DNA from: Octopus bimaculoides
Lineage: Eukaryota
Assembly: GCF_001194135.2 (NCBI RefSeq)
Contig: NC_068988.1
Span: 39,670,386-39,734,385 of the forward strand
Direction of reading: 5' to 3'
Length of the DNA: 64,000 bases
The notes under the pieces: generated by a model
Databases searched by the model: none
What the model saw: only the letters and a program-made list of their open reading frames with translations
Told to the model about the DNA's origin: nothing
Shown: positions 28,262-40,596 of the stretch, piece after piece
Numbering within the stretch: the stretch's first letter is position 1
How the letters are laid out: each line of letters opens with the position of its first letter
Translations under genes and position numbers: made by a program

Positions 28262-28497
28262 AAAGTTCTTGGCTTGGGTTAAAAATACTGAAAAGTTCTT
28301 GGCTTGGGTTAAAAAAAAATACAGGAGGATCAGTTAATTATGATTTTACTCAACATATTCTTCTCTCAGATTCATACGCTTAATGCAGCGGTCCTTCAGT
28401 TTTTCTTAATCCTGTGAAAGAACTCGGAATTTTGGGCCTCCAACCAGGCTTTTCGTGACACCGTTAAAGCCAGAACCGTCAAACAGCCCCTCATATC
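28262..28497. mobile_element. Mariner-derived MITE with a 29-bp tandem duplication of its left end
   Basis: GAAAAGTTCTTGGCTTGGGTTAAAAA occurs twice. The right end AAAGCCAG..CAGCCCCTCATA is an imperfect inverse of the left. The interior (minus) reads KLKDRCIKRMNLR-EYVE, like a mariner C-terminus. Confidence 0.6.
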
Positions 28498-28679
28498 AAT
28501 CAAAAATTTCTTTCAATTCAAACTCAACCTACACATTGTGTCTGGGATAAAAGATTTGTTAATCACCGACGGAAAGCTTGTGATTATAATTTTGCTTCCT
28601 CAGGAATGATATAAAGTAGGAATGTTAACGAGCATTATCACCTCAAAGAGTTCTAGAACACACACACAAATTGTAAACA

Positions 28680-29050
28680 CGGTTATTTATTCTTCCCTCT
28701 TACACTTGTTTCTGTCATTGCTTTCGTTATACCTTGAAAGGTTTTTGGTCAAACAACCAGTACTTATATTCTTTTAAAACCTTGTCCATATTCTTTTAAC
28801 CTATAATGCCTAACCACTAAGTTAGAGGGATGTAAACGAACCAGCTTTGGTTATCAATCAGTGGTAGGAGACAAACATGAATAACACACACACAAATATA
28901 TATACTCATCTACGTTGAGCTTCTTTCATTTTCCATCTACCTATTCTACTCGTCAAGCTTTAGTCACTTGCTCAAAGTGTCAAGCAGTAGAACAAAACTC
29001 GTAATAATGTAGTTGGGAAGGAAATTTCTTACTATACAGCTATGCTTGCG
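28680..29050 (-). mobile_element. Diverged composite SINE family B copy
   Basis: Both modules recognisable around a short (CA)/(TA) tract. Confidence 0.55.
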
Positions 29051-30474
29051 TTTACTATTGTTATGAAAGAAATTATATCTAAAACTATAAAAGATATTAG
29101 CTATTATTACTAAAAAATGGCTTTAATAAAACACGGAATAACATGATGTATTGCTTCAATTTGTTTGCAGTTAGATAAGATAATTATTCTCATATTAGAG
29201 TATTGGTCTTCGACCTTTCTTTATGACGAAAGAAAAAAAGTTTTATTATTCATTATTTCTTTATTTTCTGGTATATTGATAAAATTAGAAAATTATAAAT
29301 TATGTGAAACCCAAAATCAAGAACGTGTAAATGGAAGTCTGAGAAGCAAATACATTTTTACAAGCACGGAAGCACGCAAGCAGTGGTAGTCACTTCCTTG
29401 TGATCTATTGCAAAATCAACTTTTGTTATTGACGTGTAGTAAGTTAGTTTAGTGCAAGAAATCATCATTTATGTATGAAATCGTTATTATTTAACTTAAA
29501 ACTTGCAAATCTATTGAGTTGATATGGCAGCCAGACAATTTCTGGAACGTAATTGGTGTGTACACAAGAAATATTTCCGAACGCTTTATTCAGCGTTTCG
29601 AGCCTGCAGCTATTTCTGTTGTTATTCTCTTTTTATCCATATTTGACTGACAAACCGACGCACGTGCACCGTGAATGGTATTACGCTTACGTCATTACGC
29701 ATATTCGCAAATGACAATGTTTATATTTTACAACAATGATATCGTCCCTCTCGTATTTCAATTAGAAATTATTCTTATGTATCGTGAAAACAAACTTTTA
29801 ATTGTTCGGTTAAGTATAATATAGCAGCCTTTTAGCTGGATCCGCTAGTGGGTCCCTGATTCGAGAGTTCCAGGGTTTGAGGAGGGAGTGAGAAATTACT
29901 TCTTAGTCACTACTGTGCCCAGGTCTAATCTGACCTGAAAAAGTAGCACGTCTCAGCGTCTCAGCACTGGGTTAAGTAACATGTATCCACCTGAGACAGC
30001 GTACGTTGAAAGTGTGGAATGCAGCATTACGAATATGAACTATTTTGGCAAAGTCAATGAGAAATATCACTGGACGCTCAGCGGCAGAGCAGACAACAAA
30101 TTGTCTACAGTCAGGATTTACCTATTCAGTATGTGAACCTGTAGTCGTGGCGTGCGCGGATGAAATATTTCAGTTAGCGAATAACTAATATGAGCTATTA
30201 GTCCGGAAAAATCTCCGATTCAGATGGAGTATGCTGTCACCTCTGGTTTACTACCGAATACTCAACTCTTCATATACCTATGTAATCATCATGTTATGAG
30301 AATATTCCATATAGAAGTAAATAACTACTACTGTTTTGTTCTAGGTCAGCTCAGATCAATGGGATCTAGTATCAAGTTAAGCTTGCTATGACCAACCGTC
30401 GGTTTAGGTGTATGTAGAGCTTCATTACTCGATGTGTTTTTCTCACTCTTAAGAAATTTGGGTGCTATTATCTA

Positions 30475-30605
30475 TTGTCTTTCACGTGTTTCAGTTATTG
30501 GACTGCAGCCATGCTGAGACGTCATCGCTGATCCGCGACGTCACGGGGACGTAAACATACTGACGCAGGTTGTTAAGCGATGTTATAGGATAAACACAGA
30601 CACAA

Positions 30606-30666
<61 letters not shown>

Positions 30667-30900
30667 ACACANNNNNNNNNNNNNNNNNNNNNNNNNNNNN
30701 NNNNNNNNNNNNNNNNNNNNNNNNNNNNNNNNNNNNNNNNNNNNNNNNNNNNNATATATATATATATATATATATATATATACGACAGGTTTACACACCG
30801 TACCTGTCAAACAAATTCACTCACAAGGCATTTTTAGGCCCGAAGCTATAGTAGCAGACATTCGCCCAAGATATCTGTCAGTACAGCTGAATCAAAACCA
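30475..30900 (-). mobile_element. Composite SINE family B copy spanning an N-gap
   Basis: 3' module at 30475-30600, (CA)n/gap/(TA)n, head at 30783-30900. Confidence 0.7.
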
Positions 30901-32344
30901 AGAGATGTCAAAGCGAGCCTTTAAATTAGAAACCAATATCTGCTTGTATAAGGAAGGATTGGTGTTCATTCTTAATGATACGATCGTGCAAAGCTGTGAT
31001 TCTCGCATGGTCTCTTAGAAGTAAATAGTTTACTGATTGGGTAAAACGCAAGGCGGTAGATAGCGTATAGTTGTTGATTTGTTACGATACAGTGTTTACA
31101 ACAATTTTAATCATAACTATGGCCTCGGAAAACGTTGAACTCTGTCCTGCGGCCAATAGACAGACACAAAATCTGGCCTTCAGATTTCTTACCATCACCA
31201 TCACCACAACGATCACTTATCCTCACTACTGTTAATACCATCAACACTACTACCATTACCGTTTCAATTACAGCCCCCCTCCCCCGTAATCATTTAGCGC
31301 AATGAAGAGTTCATCAAATGTTAATGTCAGAAACATTTTAATTTACATCTTAAAGTTCTTAAGCAAATAACGATTATCTGTCTGTTTATCTTCTGCGTAT
31401 CTTTCGTTCATTCATTCTTTCTTGCTTTCTGTTTACAATATCTTCACACCAGAAAGGTCTCATCAAAATATCATGAATATTACTTTTTGCCTATTTACGT
31501 CACTCTCTCATAACTAAACTGATCTTATTAACACTTTAATATATACCGCAATAACTATTATATCTTCCATCTTGTTTCTTTTTCTCTCCATTTTGAAATT
31601 TTGTTTTTATCTAAGACAGAAATCAATTTATTGACTTTTCAACATTTTGAAACAAAATTTTCTGATATCTTTGTCTCTAAATGTCTGTTTTTGTTGTTGT
31701 TGTTCTCAACGTTTTATTTATTTTGCTTTTACGTTTTCATTAAAATCCTACTAATAGTTATGAAAATATTTTGAAATGGCAGCAACAAGAAGTGCAACAG
31801 CAACAAAAGCAAGAACAGTAACAACAGCAGAAGATGAAGCAAAAACAGTTAGAAGATCAAAAAAATTATTGAAGCAGCTACAATATTTCAAAGATGTTTA
31901 TATAAACAAATCATTATTTCTGATTAAATCAAATACTGATTGTTAACTGAGATACAAGGTAACTATTTTTGTGAGGCGGGAGTGCAGGTGATTATATCAT
32001 CCCAAGTACTTATTCCACCTTATTCTATCGGTTTCGAGTGGGTGAGATAAAAAGACAAACAAATCTGATGAGATTTGGACTGAGAAAACAGAGGGATATG
32101 TAAGTGAATAGTACAGCCTGTGATTGACCGATTCTGCCCAGGAGTGGTTTTAGAATTACGGTGGAAAATTCGAAAGTAACTTATTCCGAAATATAAAAAA
32201 AAAGTAGGAACAAAAGAACTTATATTATTCTAAGATCAATATTAGTGAACCCCGAATGTAATGCCACTAAGCATTTTTGTCCGGCGCGGTAACGCTTCAG
32301 CCAGCTCACCGCCTTATTAAGTTTATTACTATAAAATTTATTTG

Positions 32345-32552
32345 AAGGCGACGAGCTAGCTGATTTGTTAGCACGCCGGGAAAATGCTTAGTAGCATTTC
32401 GTACGTTTTTATGTTCTGAGTTCAAATTGCACTGAAATTGCCTTCCCCTTTCTTGTTCGATAAAATAAGTACCAGTTGTGTACTGGAGGTCGATGTAATC
32501 GACTTAACACCCCACTCGAAATTGCTGGCCTTGTGTCAACATTTGAAATCAT
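32345..32552 (+). mobile_element. SINE family A copy (inverted partial copies lie at ~32030-32140 and ~32260-32315)
   Basis: GGCGACGAGCTAGCTGATTTGTTAGCACGCCGGG..GAGTTCAAATT..TAAGTACCAGTTG. Confidence 0.85.
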
Positions 32553-32752
32553 TATTAATATTGAGTTCTATGAAATAGTGAGGTGCTGAAATAAACCGAA
32601 TATATTATATCTAGGGAAGTAATTGAGGGAGAACACTCATTCGGAGTGACACTCATCAAAAGATTTCAAGAGATTATTGCCAGACAACTAAACTTCAACT
32701 AACATTCTTGCAAACATTTCCAGAGAGAACTGTCAGTCAAGTAGATACATAC

Positions 32753-32841
32753 TGTTTATAGAATGCTTCTGCTATTTGCAGTAATTGACTCTGTGATAAA
32801 GCTTTTGAATTTGATCTTTTGAGTTTGAAAACCAATTGACC
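32753..32841 (-). CDS. Candidate internal exon
   Basis: Acceptor CTGTTTCGTTTCATGTTTAG| and donor CA|GTATGT; frame 0 is open: GQLVFKLKRSNSKALSQSQLLQIAEAFYK. Confidence 0.35.
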
Positions 32842-33057
32842 CTAAACATGAAACGAAACAGCGTCACTGACACTATCGACCGCAAACACTTTCGTCTCAA
32901 ATAATAGTATCATCAAACAGAATTATAGTATAATAATTGTACAATTATTTATTATGTTATTGGAGGTGAAATAGTCAAGTAGTGAAACCAATTCATTTTT
33001 GATATGATGTGCTATTTGTAAACGATTTATTAATATATTTTGTGCAATGTAACTTAC

Positions 33058-33140
33058 CACTGAGAGCAGCAAGCGTAGTAAGTAGAGGAACAATCATACT
33101 TCCTTACCACAATATTGGTAAAGAAAGGTTTCCAGAGAAC
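33058..33140 (-). CDS. Candidate exon (possible start of a signal peptide)
   Basis: Acceptor TTTCTAG| and donor TG|GTAAGT. ATG at 33097 gives MIVPLLTTLAALS + G (phase 1); an alternative frame gives VLWKPFFTNIVVRKYDCSSTYYACCSQ. Confidence 0.35.
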
Positions 33141-33694
33141 CTAGAAATTCCTATGATTTATTTCAATTTAGCAATGTAAATTTCAGACTATTTTAATTAC
33201 AAAAGATATGAAGATAATGAGAGAATTCATTTCATTTCAAGTGAACTGAAACAGTTGTCAAAATAGAAATAATGTCGTATTGTTATCTCACTCCGATTAA
33301 ACGTTTACTCAATATTGTTGGCCACAGTTAAATACGTAAGCCTAAAATCGTATACAATGAGTGGTTTAGATGAGAAAGTTTTTGAGAGAAGACAGATTTC
33401 TTCAAATTGTTAAGCCATACACATTGACTGGTACTTTGTTAATCTATCTCTAAAGGATAAAAGGCAATGCTGTGGTTTCATTACGGCACTACTCAAAGTT
33501 GCTCTCTAAGTTCAATCGTTGTAGCAACAAAAAGTTAAAGCATCAACTTCGAATGAACACACAACTACGCTTACTCACAAACACTAGTCCGCATGCCCAC
33601 ACGTACGTTCATGCGCACACACACATACACATATACATACACAAAATATGCACATGCTATACAACCGAAAAGGATTAAAGTACTCTATTAGCCG

Positions 33695-33925
33695 TAGACT
33701 CACGAGGATTCTCGGATTCTGTGGAGTGTATATCCACAGCCCTTCCTCTGGACGTGACGCCTCTCCGTCGCAGGATTACTAATTTTTGTCAGCCGAGTGG
33801 TGTGGAGAAACATGAAGTAAATTGTTTTGCAAAGACGACAACGAGTCGCTTGTCCAGGAATCGAAACCACAATCTCACCATCATGAGTCCAGCGCCATAA
33901 TCACTAAGCCATGCGCCTCCACGCA
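33695..33925 (-). mobile_element. tRNA-derived SINE (family C-related core)
   Basis: A box TGGCTTAGTGA, B box GGTTTCGATTCC, core TTTACTTCATGTTTCTCCACACCACTCGGCTG. A further partial copy lies at ~57680-57790. Confidence 0.75.
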
Positions 33926-34234
33926 TCACGCATATGCATATACAAAAACTAAAGATAATCATTGTGTGGACAAGAGACATCGAGGCTCACATGTAACACA
34001 CTTGAAATATGCATGCAAGCAGCTTGCCTCACGAATATGATTATGCGATTATATATGCATGAAATAATATCGCATATAATAGCGTGTTTAAAACTTATTC
34101 CAGAACGCAGATAAGTATTTGATATCGAATGGCATCAAAATAAGTGTAGTGGTAATATACTCACTTCTTATAGCCACATTTAGTCAGAGCATGTCACCTT
34201 GAGTTTCAGCACACACACATACACACACACACGC

Positions 34235-34267
<33 letters not shown>

Positions 34268-34298
34268 TAGAAACACACACACAAAATGTATAGTACCT

Positions 34299-34773
34299 GT
34301 ACGTGGTCTCTGATCAATATGTATCCGGACTGTTACCATAGTAAGGTGTGTAGCATGTGATCGTGGCATTGACTATCGTAGAGAATGTTGCATAAAATTT
34401 CGTCAAAAGATTGGCGGTACCTGCTGAGAGGCCTACGCAAAGTTTCAAAAGGTTTTCATCGTGCTTGACACCATCAAGTTGTTGTGCAACTGAAACCTGA
34501 GTGACCTTTTGGTCAGCTGAAAGCAGTTCAGGCACAACCTTGGCAGAAATGCATCTCATACCTAAATCTTCATTGATAATGGACTGAACTGAGCCGTAAC
34601 TAATCTAGACACCCCCTGATAAATCAGAGATGGGGATTCAACGATGTCCTCTCATAGCTGCACGCACATCTGCGATGTTTTTCTCAGTTCTGATGGTTGT
34701 GTATCTCCTAGAGCGTTCATTAATGCGAAAGAGATAACTGAATAACTGCAAACCTACTTTTGGGCCACCTGTA
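34299..34773. mobile_element. Rearranged mariner relic (N-terminal pieces in opposite orientations)
   Basis: Plus 34299-34450: TIR-like TACGTGGTCTCTGATCAATATGTATCCGGACTG followed by CIKF.QKIG..EAYAKFQK. Minus 34450-34720: RTEKNIADVR..ISYGSVQSIINEDLGMRCISAKVVPELLSADQK. Confidence 0.65.
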
Positions 34774-35710
34774 TATATATATTGCAATTTTGTATTTAGT
34801 GGATAGATATTCAAATTTTTTTTACCTCTATAATACTGTTTGCCATTTACATAAAGTAGATTTGCGATGATGGCATTGCATTCAGTTCAAAGGATATACA
34901 TTTGATTTATCTAGATTTTGTTATGTTTTCTATGCGATTCGAGGGAAGGGTTTTATTGCACATGTTGATCAAAGGGAGTAATTTGGCAAAAACATTTGTA
35001 TCTCAGTCCATCGTGAAGGAAAATATTAATAATTATATTAAGTTAATAAGTGATTGTAACCAGGAAATCTAAGTATAGAAGTTACCCAAAAATTATACGA
35101 CATATACATCATAATTCTGAACTTCCTCGTCTTGTAAATACATGACGGATGTTTGCCTTGATTTCGGCCTATGAGTGTTGTCTATTACTCATCAATGTAA
35201 CAAGATAGAAACATCGCTGTCGTCTTTACGCACTCGCTTGTGTTTCGATATCTGGCATTTAAATTTTCTCAAATCACACACAAACCCCATGCCATCTTAA
35301 AAAAGAAAGGCTGCAGTTAATAATTTACAAGTTCTAAATACAGAAAAAGACAGAGTGACTACTCCTGGAAAGTATTTGTTTAATCCTTTTACTGCGAAAA
35401 CCAAATATATCCACTCAAAATTTGTTTACTCTTATCTGTTGTAAACAACTCTATATACCAATCTATCTTGTTGAGGAATGTCATGTTTGACATTGATTTT
35501 TGTTGAGTTATTTTTGACATTGATTTTTGTTGAGTTATTCGTAGAAACCACCAATTATATATTTCTGTAATTATTTAGCATCATTAGTCGAATAACCATG
35601 GAAACTAATTTCACATCTAAAGGGTTGAAGGCTGGTCTAATCAGAGCAATTTCGATCTACCTCATTCCCTATCTCACTTCCTTCGTTCCACCTTATGTTA
35701 CTCTCCCTCT

Positions 35711-35981
35711 ATTGCACGGACAGAATGCCGGCTGCATTTTTGCTGAAAGACAAAAAACCGAGACCAAGAAGCCGAACGGATGCAATAAAAAAAATATCAC
35801 TCCTACCTACATAGTTTAATGACTAATTCACCAACTTGGCACGTAAGATTTAACGAGATTGAATTTTAATTTTCGTATATCTTTTCTGCATCTTCGTTCG
35901 GCTTCATGTCCGTTCGGCATTGTGTCCGTTCGGCTTCTTGTCCTTCGGCAAAAATGCATTCGGCATCCCATCTGTGTACCC
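35711..35981. mobile_element. Mutator-like (MULE/foldback-type) MITE
   Basis: Imperfect ~85-bp terminal inverted arms built from ~15-bp GGACAxxAxGCCGAA units. Flanked by the direct repeat TCTCCCTCT (35702-35710 and 35982-35990; 10 bp if the preceding C is counted). Confidence 0.75.
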
Positions 35982-36021
35982 TCTCCCTCTGTACCCATCG
36001 CTACCTAACTATTGCATCGTA

Positions 36022-36927
36022 TAGGTTGTGGCAGAGACGACGTACGATTTTAAAAAATTCCCAAAATCATTAATTTTAATTGCAAATAAATTTTGCTGAC
36101 ATCAATGTGTCTGTATTGAATTAGCGCTTGTCACAATTAAGTGTGGAAAACAACATCCATCATGTGGTGTCCGTTTTCATTGATGCTTTTCTGAAGAGGG
36201 GTTTCTTGCAAGTTAGACTCCACTCTCTCCAGCATTGCTCTGTCGATTTGAGCGACTTACACACAAATAGCTTCCTTATGCGGATACACACGTGTCTTGG
36301 GGTTTCCCCACAAGAAATAATGTCACATAGACAAATCGGGGACTGAGGGAGCCAGGGAATGTTATCAAACCAGAAAATGAGGTGGTCACCGAAGAAGGGG
36401 GCGAAGAACGTCCATTCATGCTCTGGCTGTGTGGGGTAGGCTGAAATGCAGGTCTTCATGCAAAATACATCTTATCGATCGATTACTGATACTAAGTTCA
36501 ATGGAATACCTCCGAGCAGAGCCATTTGGACTCCGTATCAAAGCTTATCTGATGCGTTCTACATTTTCCGGGGTCCGTACCGAAAGTGGCGCCACCACCA
36601 GTCTCCTATTCATTAGCATACCTTGTGTAAAAATGTGCATTCACTCAACGTAAGATTGTGTTACGGGTGCGAACAGCGTGATTTCGGTGAATTTTGAAGT
36701 GGCACCGAAACTCACGCTGAGCTGCTGTGACACTCGTTATTCTTCACGTAACTGTCATAGGCAAACACGCGATCCTTTATCGTCCACAGCACCAGCGCTT
36801 CACCTGAACAGAAAAAAGAATGCTAAGACGCCACGGACCGAAATGTACTTGTTGGACATATGTCCTTCCCACTGGGGCTGAGTTGTAGTTATTTCAAAAA
36901 CATCCATCCTCTCTACCCCACCCCGTA
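36022..36927 (-). mobile_element. Internally deleted Tc1/mariner element of the same family, both TIRs present
   Basis: N-terminal KDRVFAYDSYVKNNE..AAQREFRCHFKIHRNH..RTPENVERI plus C-terminal GDHLI..IPWLPQSP. The 36022 end and the 36890-36927 end are inverted copies of each other. The 3' ~300 bp align with 15759-16050. Confidence 0.85.
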
Positions 36928-38551
36928 GTATATATGTGAGAAGATTTTTACTCTTAACGCGATTGTCAAGTCGAATCATTTGACAACGCTGGGAGTTCGA
37001 ATCTGAGAGGCAGTACACACACACACACATACACACACAAGGGTTTCCGCACAGTTTTAGCCTATCAAGTACGAAAATATATATAATAGATGAAACTTGC
37101 TAAATCTTCCGTAGAATGTGATTGAACCCGCAACCACACGGTTGTTGTGCTCCTGGATATTATTCTTATGTTACTTAGGTCAACATGCAGGCCACTAAAA
37201 TAAAATATATGCAGTCTCAATTAAAGCGTACTCTGCCATCAAATCCTACTTCCTGCTATACGAAGACTTCATTGGACTGTGTAGTTCTAAAGACTTCATA
37301 TCTAAAAATAAATAAATAAATAAATATAGAAATGATGAGATCGTATGATCACAGCAGGAACTCTGATCGGTTAATTGTCTTTCAATCAATGCTGAGAAGA
37401 TGTAGACTGCAGTAGCACAAACAACAACAACTGTGACATAGATTTATAGAAAAGATACTAAATATAAAAGGAGTATAGACATTCGAAACATTATTAAAAT
37501 TTGTTCACTTAAATTGATCAAGTATGTAGGAAGTGGAGGAAGTTACTTTGAAGTAGCTACAATCAAGATGGAGACTGTAAAAACTGTACAAAGAATATTG
37601 AAAAATGCGTTAATTGTTTATTGGTGTCTCTTTGGGTCAAGTTCACATTACTTGATAAAGAAACAGTTAGAGATGAGTCAAAGAGTGAACCTTTCTATGT
37701 TCTGTTGACCTGCTAGAAATGGTAGTAAAATTCTCACAATTCATACTGTACTCTTTTATAACAATAAAAAAAAATGCACTGAATGATATCATCATAGATA
37801 TATTATTCCCGAATCTTAAAAAAAAATGGAATTGCCATAGCTCCAATACCTTTGTCAATTTATATGCTTGGTGAATGCTTATCTAGAGACAGTAATGGAA
37901 ATAAATTTTAGGAACTAGGAGTAAGAGAAGGGCTGTGAGATTAAAATTAAGGAGAATGATTAAACGTTTAAAATGACCACTCTGATAAAACAGAGAACCT
38001 CCATTCCCAAGGTATTCCCAAAGTATTCCCTGAACAAGTAGTAGCAGATATACAACAATGCTTTAGCTTTCTACAATAGATATTTTATATAGATTCCATA
38101 CTGAATCTATATAAAATGTTTCAATAGACCTAATGCAGTTTCAATAAGTCTGTCTCAAAAGCTGACGTTAAAAACAATTCCCTTTATATTAATACAGGTA
38201 CAATGCTGACGTTTCTGGCATTGGTGGTCTGGAACCTCTTAGAACCTACACTAATATACAAGCAGGAATTTCAAATTTTTGTAATCGTAGACTAGTTTAC
38301 TGTGCTGCCCTTATTAGCAACAGCGATGAACCCCTTAGCTACAGCAATGCAGCACCCAGGGGCATCGCGCGCACACACACACATTCACTCACGCGCGAAC
38401 ATATGCGAACACATGCACACACACATGAATACACAAACATACACAAGCCTGCTGATTTTTAATGCGTACTCGCTCCTCCATTTCAATGAAAGAATTACGC
38501 GTTTCAGGTTTTTAAATGCATACTTGAATACATTTCAATATATACTTGTAC

Positions 38552-38765
38552 AAGGCAGTGAGCTGGTAGAATCGTTAGCAAGCCAGGCAAGATGTTTTGC
38601 AGCATTTCATCCACCTTTACATTTTGAGTTCAAATTTCATCGAGGTCGACTATGTGTTTCATTCTGACGCAGTCGATAAAATAGGTTCCAGTGAGAACTA
38701 GGTTTGATTTTATTGACTTCTGCTCTCCCCCGTAATTGCTGGCATTGTGCCAATATTCTAAACCC
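38552..38765 (+). mobile_element. SINE family A copy
   Basis: Same consensus. Confidence 0.85.
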
Positions 38766-39508
38766 TTATATATTTTACATTTGCCAAGACCAAATAAAAA
38801 CAACAACACGGGAACAGATTTTTGAAAGTAAAAATTAAATACATAATCCAAATGGAGGAGGAGGCGGCTAAAATGAAGTAACGAATCAAAATGAGCTCAT
38901 GTGCATTCTTTTAATTTGCATATAGTAGACTTAAAATTTATGCGACGCAGTTAGTTTTATTGAAAACCATTTACAGATTCAAACTGAGAATTTTTGAAAA
39001 TTACATAAGATCAAGAAATTATGAATTTCAGCAAAAAACTTCTAGGAATAACCAATTACATTGAATAAACACGTGAGAGAATATATAACTCGGTATATCC
39101 TGTAGGTAGGCTGAAAGTTCATGATAATAAACTGAATTGAAATTTAACATAGATATCAGACCTAAAGCTAGTTAATTTGAAAGAAGCAAATTATCAAGTT
39201 ATATACCAAACAAAATTCTAAACTTTAAACTGGTATCAATTAAGACTAATTTATAAGATCTAGTGGCAAGCTACTGTACAGAGAGAAGGAAACTAGCAAA
39301 AAATATACATAAATGATATTAAAAATTGTTATATTCATATCTTGACACTGGCAATTAAGATGAAATGTAGTAAATTGAAATGAAAAATGAGCTACTATAT
39401 TTATATAAGAGTAATGCAGTAAGATAACTAGGTCAGTCTGGATAGGTGTTGCGCATGTGTATCAGAGAAAGTAGGAGAGGTAGAGAAAGAGAGAAGCAGA
39501 GAGGAAGA

Positions 39509-39583
<75 letters not shown>

Positions 39584-40542
39584 AAATATATAGTGAAAAA
39601 GGGAGATTTTGATAAGAGCATGGCGACATAATTCCGCCTTACATCAGCAAAACAATAATGTTCTAAACTCAATCTTCTCACGAAGATCGCTTATTGAAAA
39701 GTGTCAAGGTTCCTACCAATCCAAAGTTTCACAATATCTGATTATATCCAATGACGAGTACATGCACATTGCTTTGTATACTCTAAAGATTAGACTCTCA
39801 TTTAGAGACTGATAGTATATGGTTATCATCGCTGGTTCGGTGTATAATCTGAGTCTTGTCAGGAATGTAAAATAGACGTCCCTGAAGCGATTTCATAAGG
39901 CGGAAACACATGTTAACTTTAAAGGTCAAGTATACTCCAGTCTCTATTGTGTATATTTTCCGAAAGGTTCAATCAAGAGACCATTTAGACATCATCAGGC
40001 TTTCTTTCTTATTTTAGACATTAAACGCCTCTAAAGTAAGTTTAAATATATTCTTTTACTAATTATCACGATAAAATCCTTGAAGCAACTTTCTTTACAT
40101 CATACTATGTTACATAGACACAACCTACGTTTGTATTACGTATGTAGAACACGTCCATGAAGTATTTTCCCTTGCCATATTCGTATGTTGTGCACAAATT
40201 TTCATATTTACAACACTGATTCTGCTTACAAAACGAAAATTCTAGGCTGCATTCCAAAGAAGACCGTTCAGTTGATTGGTAGACATTCAATCACCAATGC
40301 AATAGATCCACTGGTGTACATACGTAGAGTTCCTATTTCTCTTTGTTTCTTCAAATTTCTTTCTTATAAATGTACAGAGAGAAGTGATTAAATGATTGGT
40401 TGGTACTGCGATGTGAATGTTCCTTTCTTAACTCTATGATCCATATATATATATATTCGCAAAAAAACATAAGACGAAGACAGGTGGTGTAGGCAACAAA
40501 CAGAGGTATTAGTTTAACGCTCGGGAAGTGAAAAAGTATATA

Positions 40543-40596
<54 letters not shown>

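Noticed and set aside
29840-30010. Possible HDV-like ribozyme / LINE 5' end
   Set aside because: Could not fit the P1-P2-P3-L3-P4 nested pseudoknot on either strand.
31777-31950. ATG-initiated MAATRSATAT.. frame
   Set aside because: Derived from a decayed (CAA/CAG)n tract.
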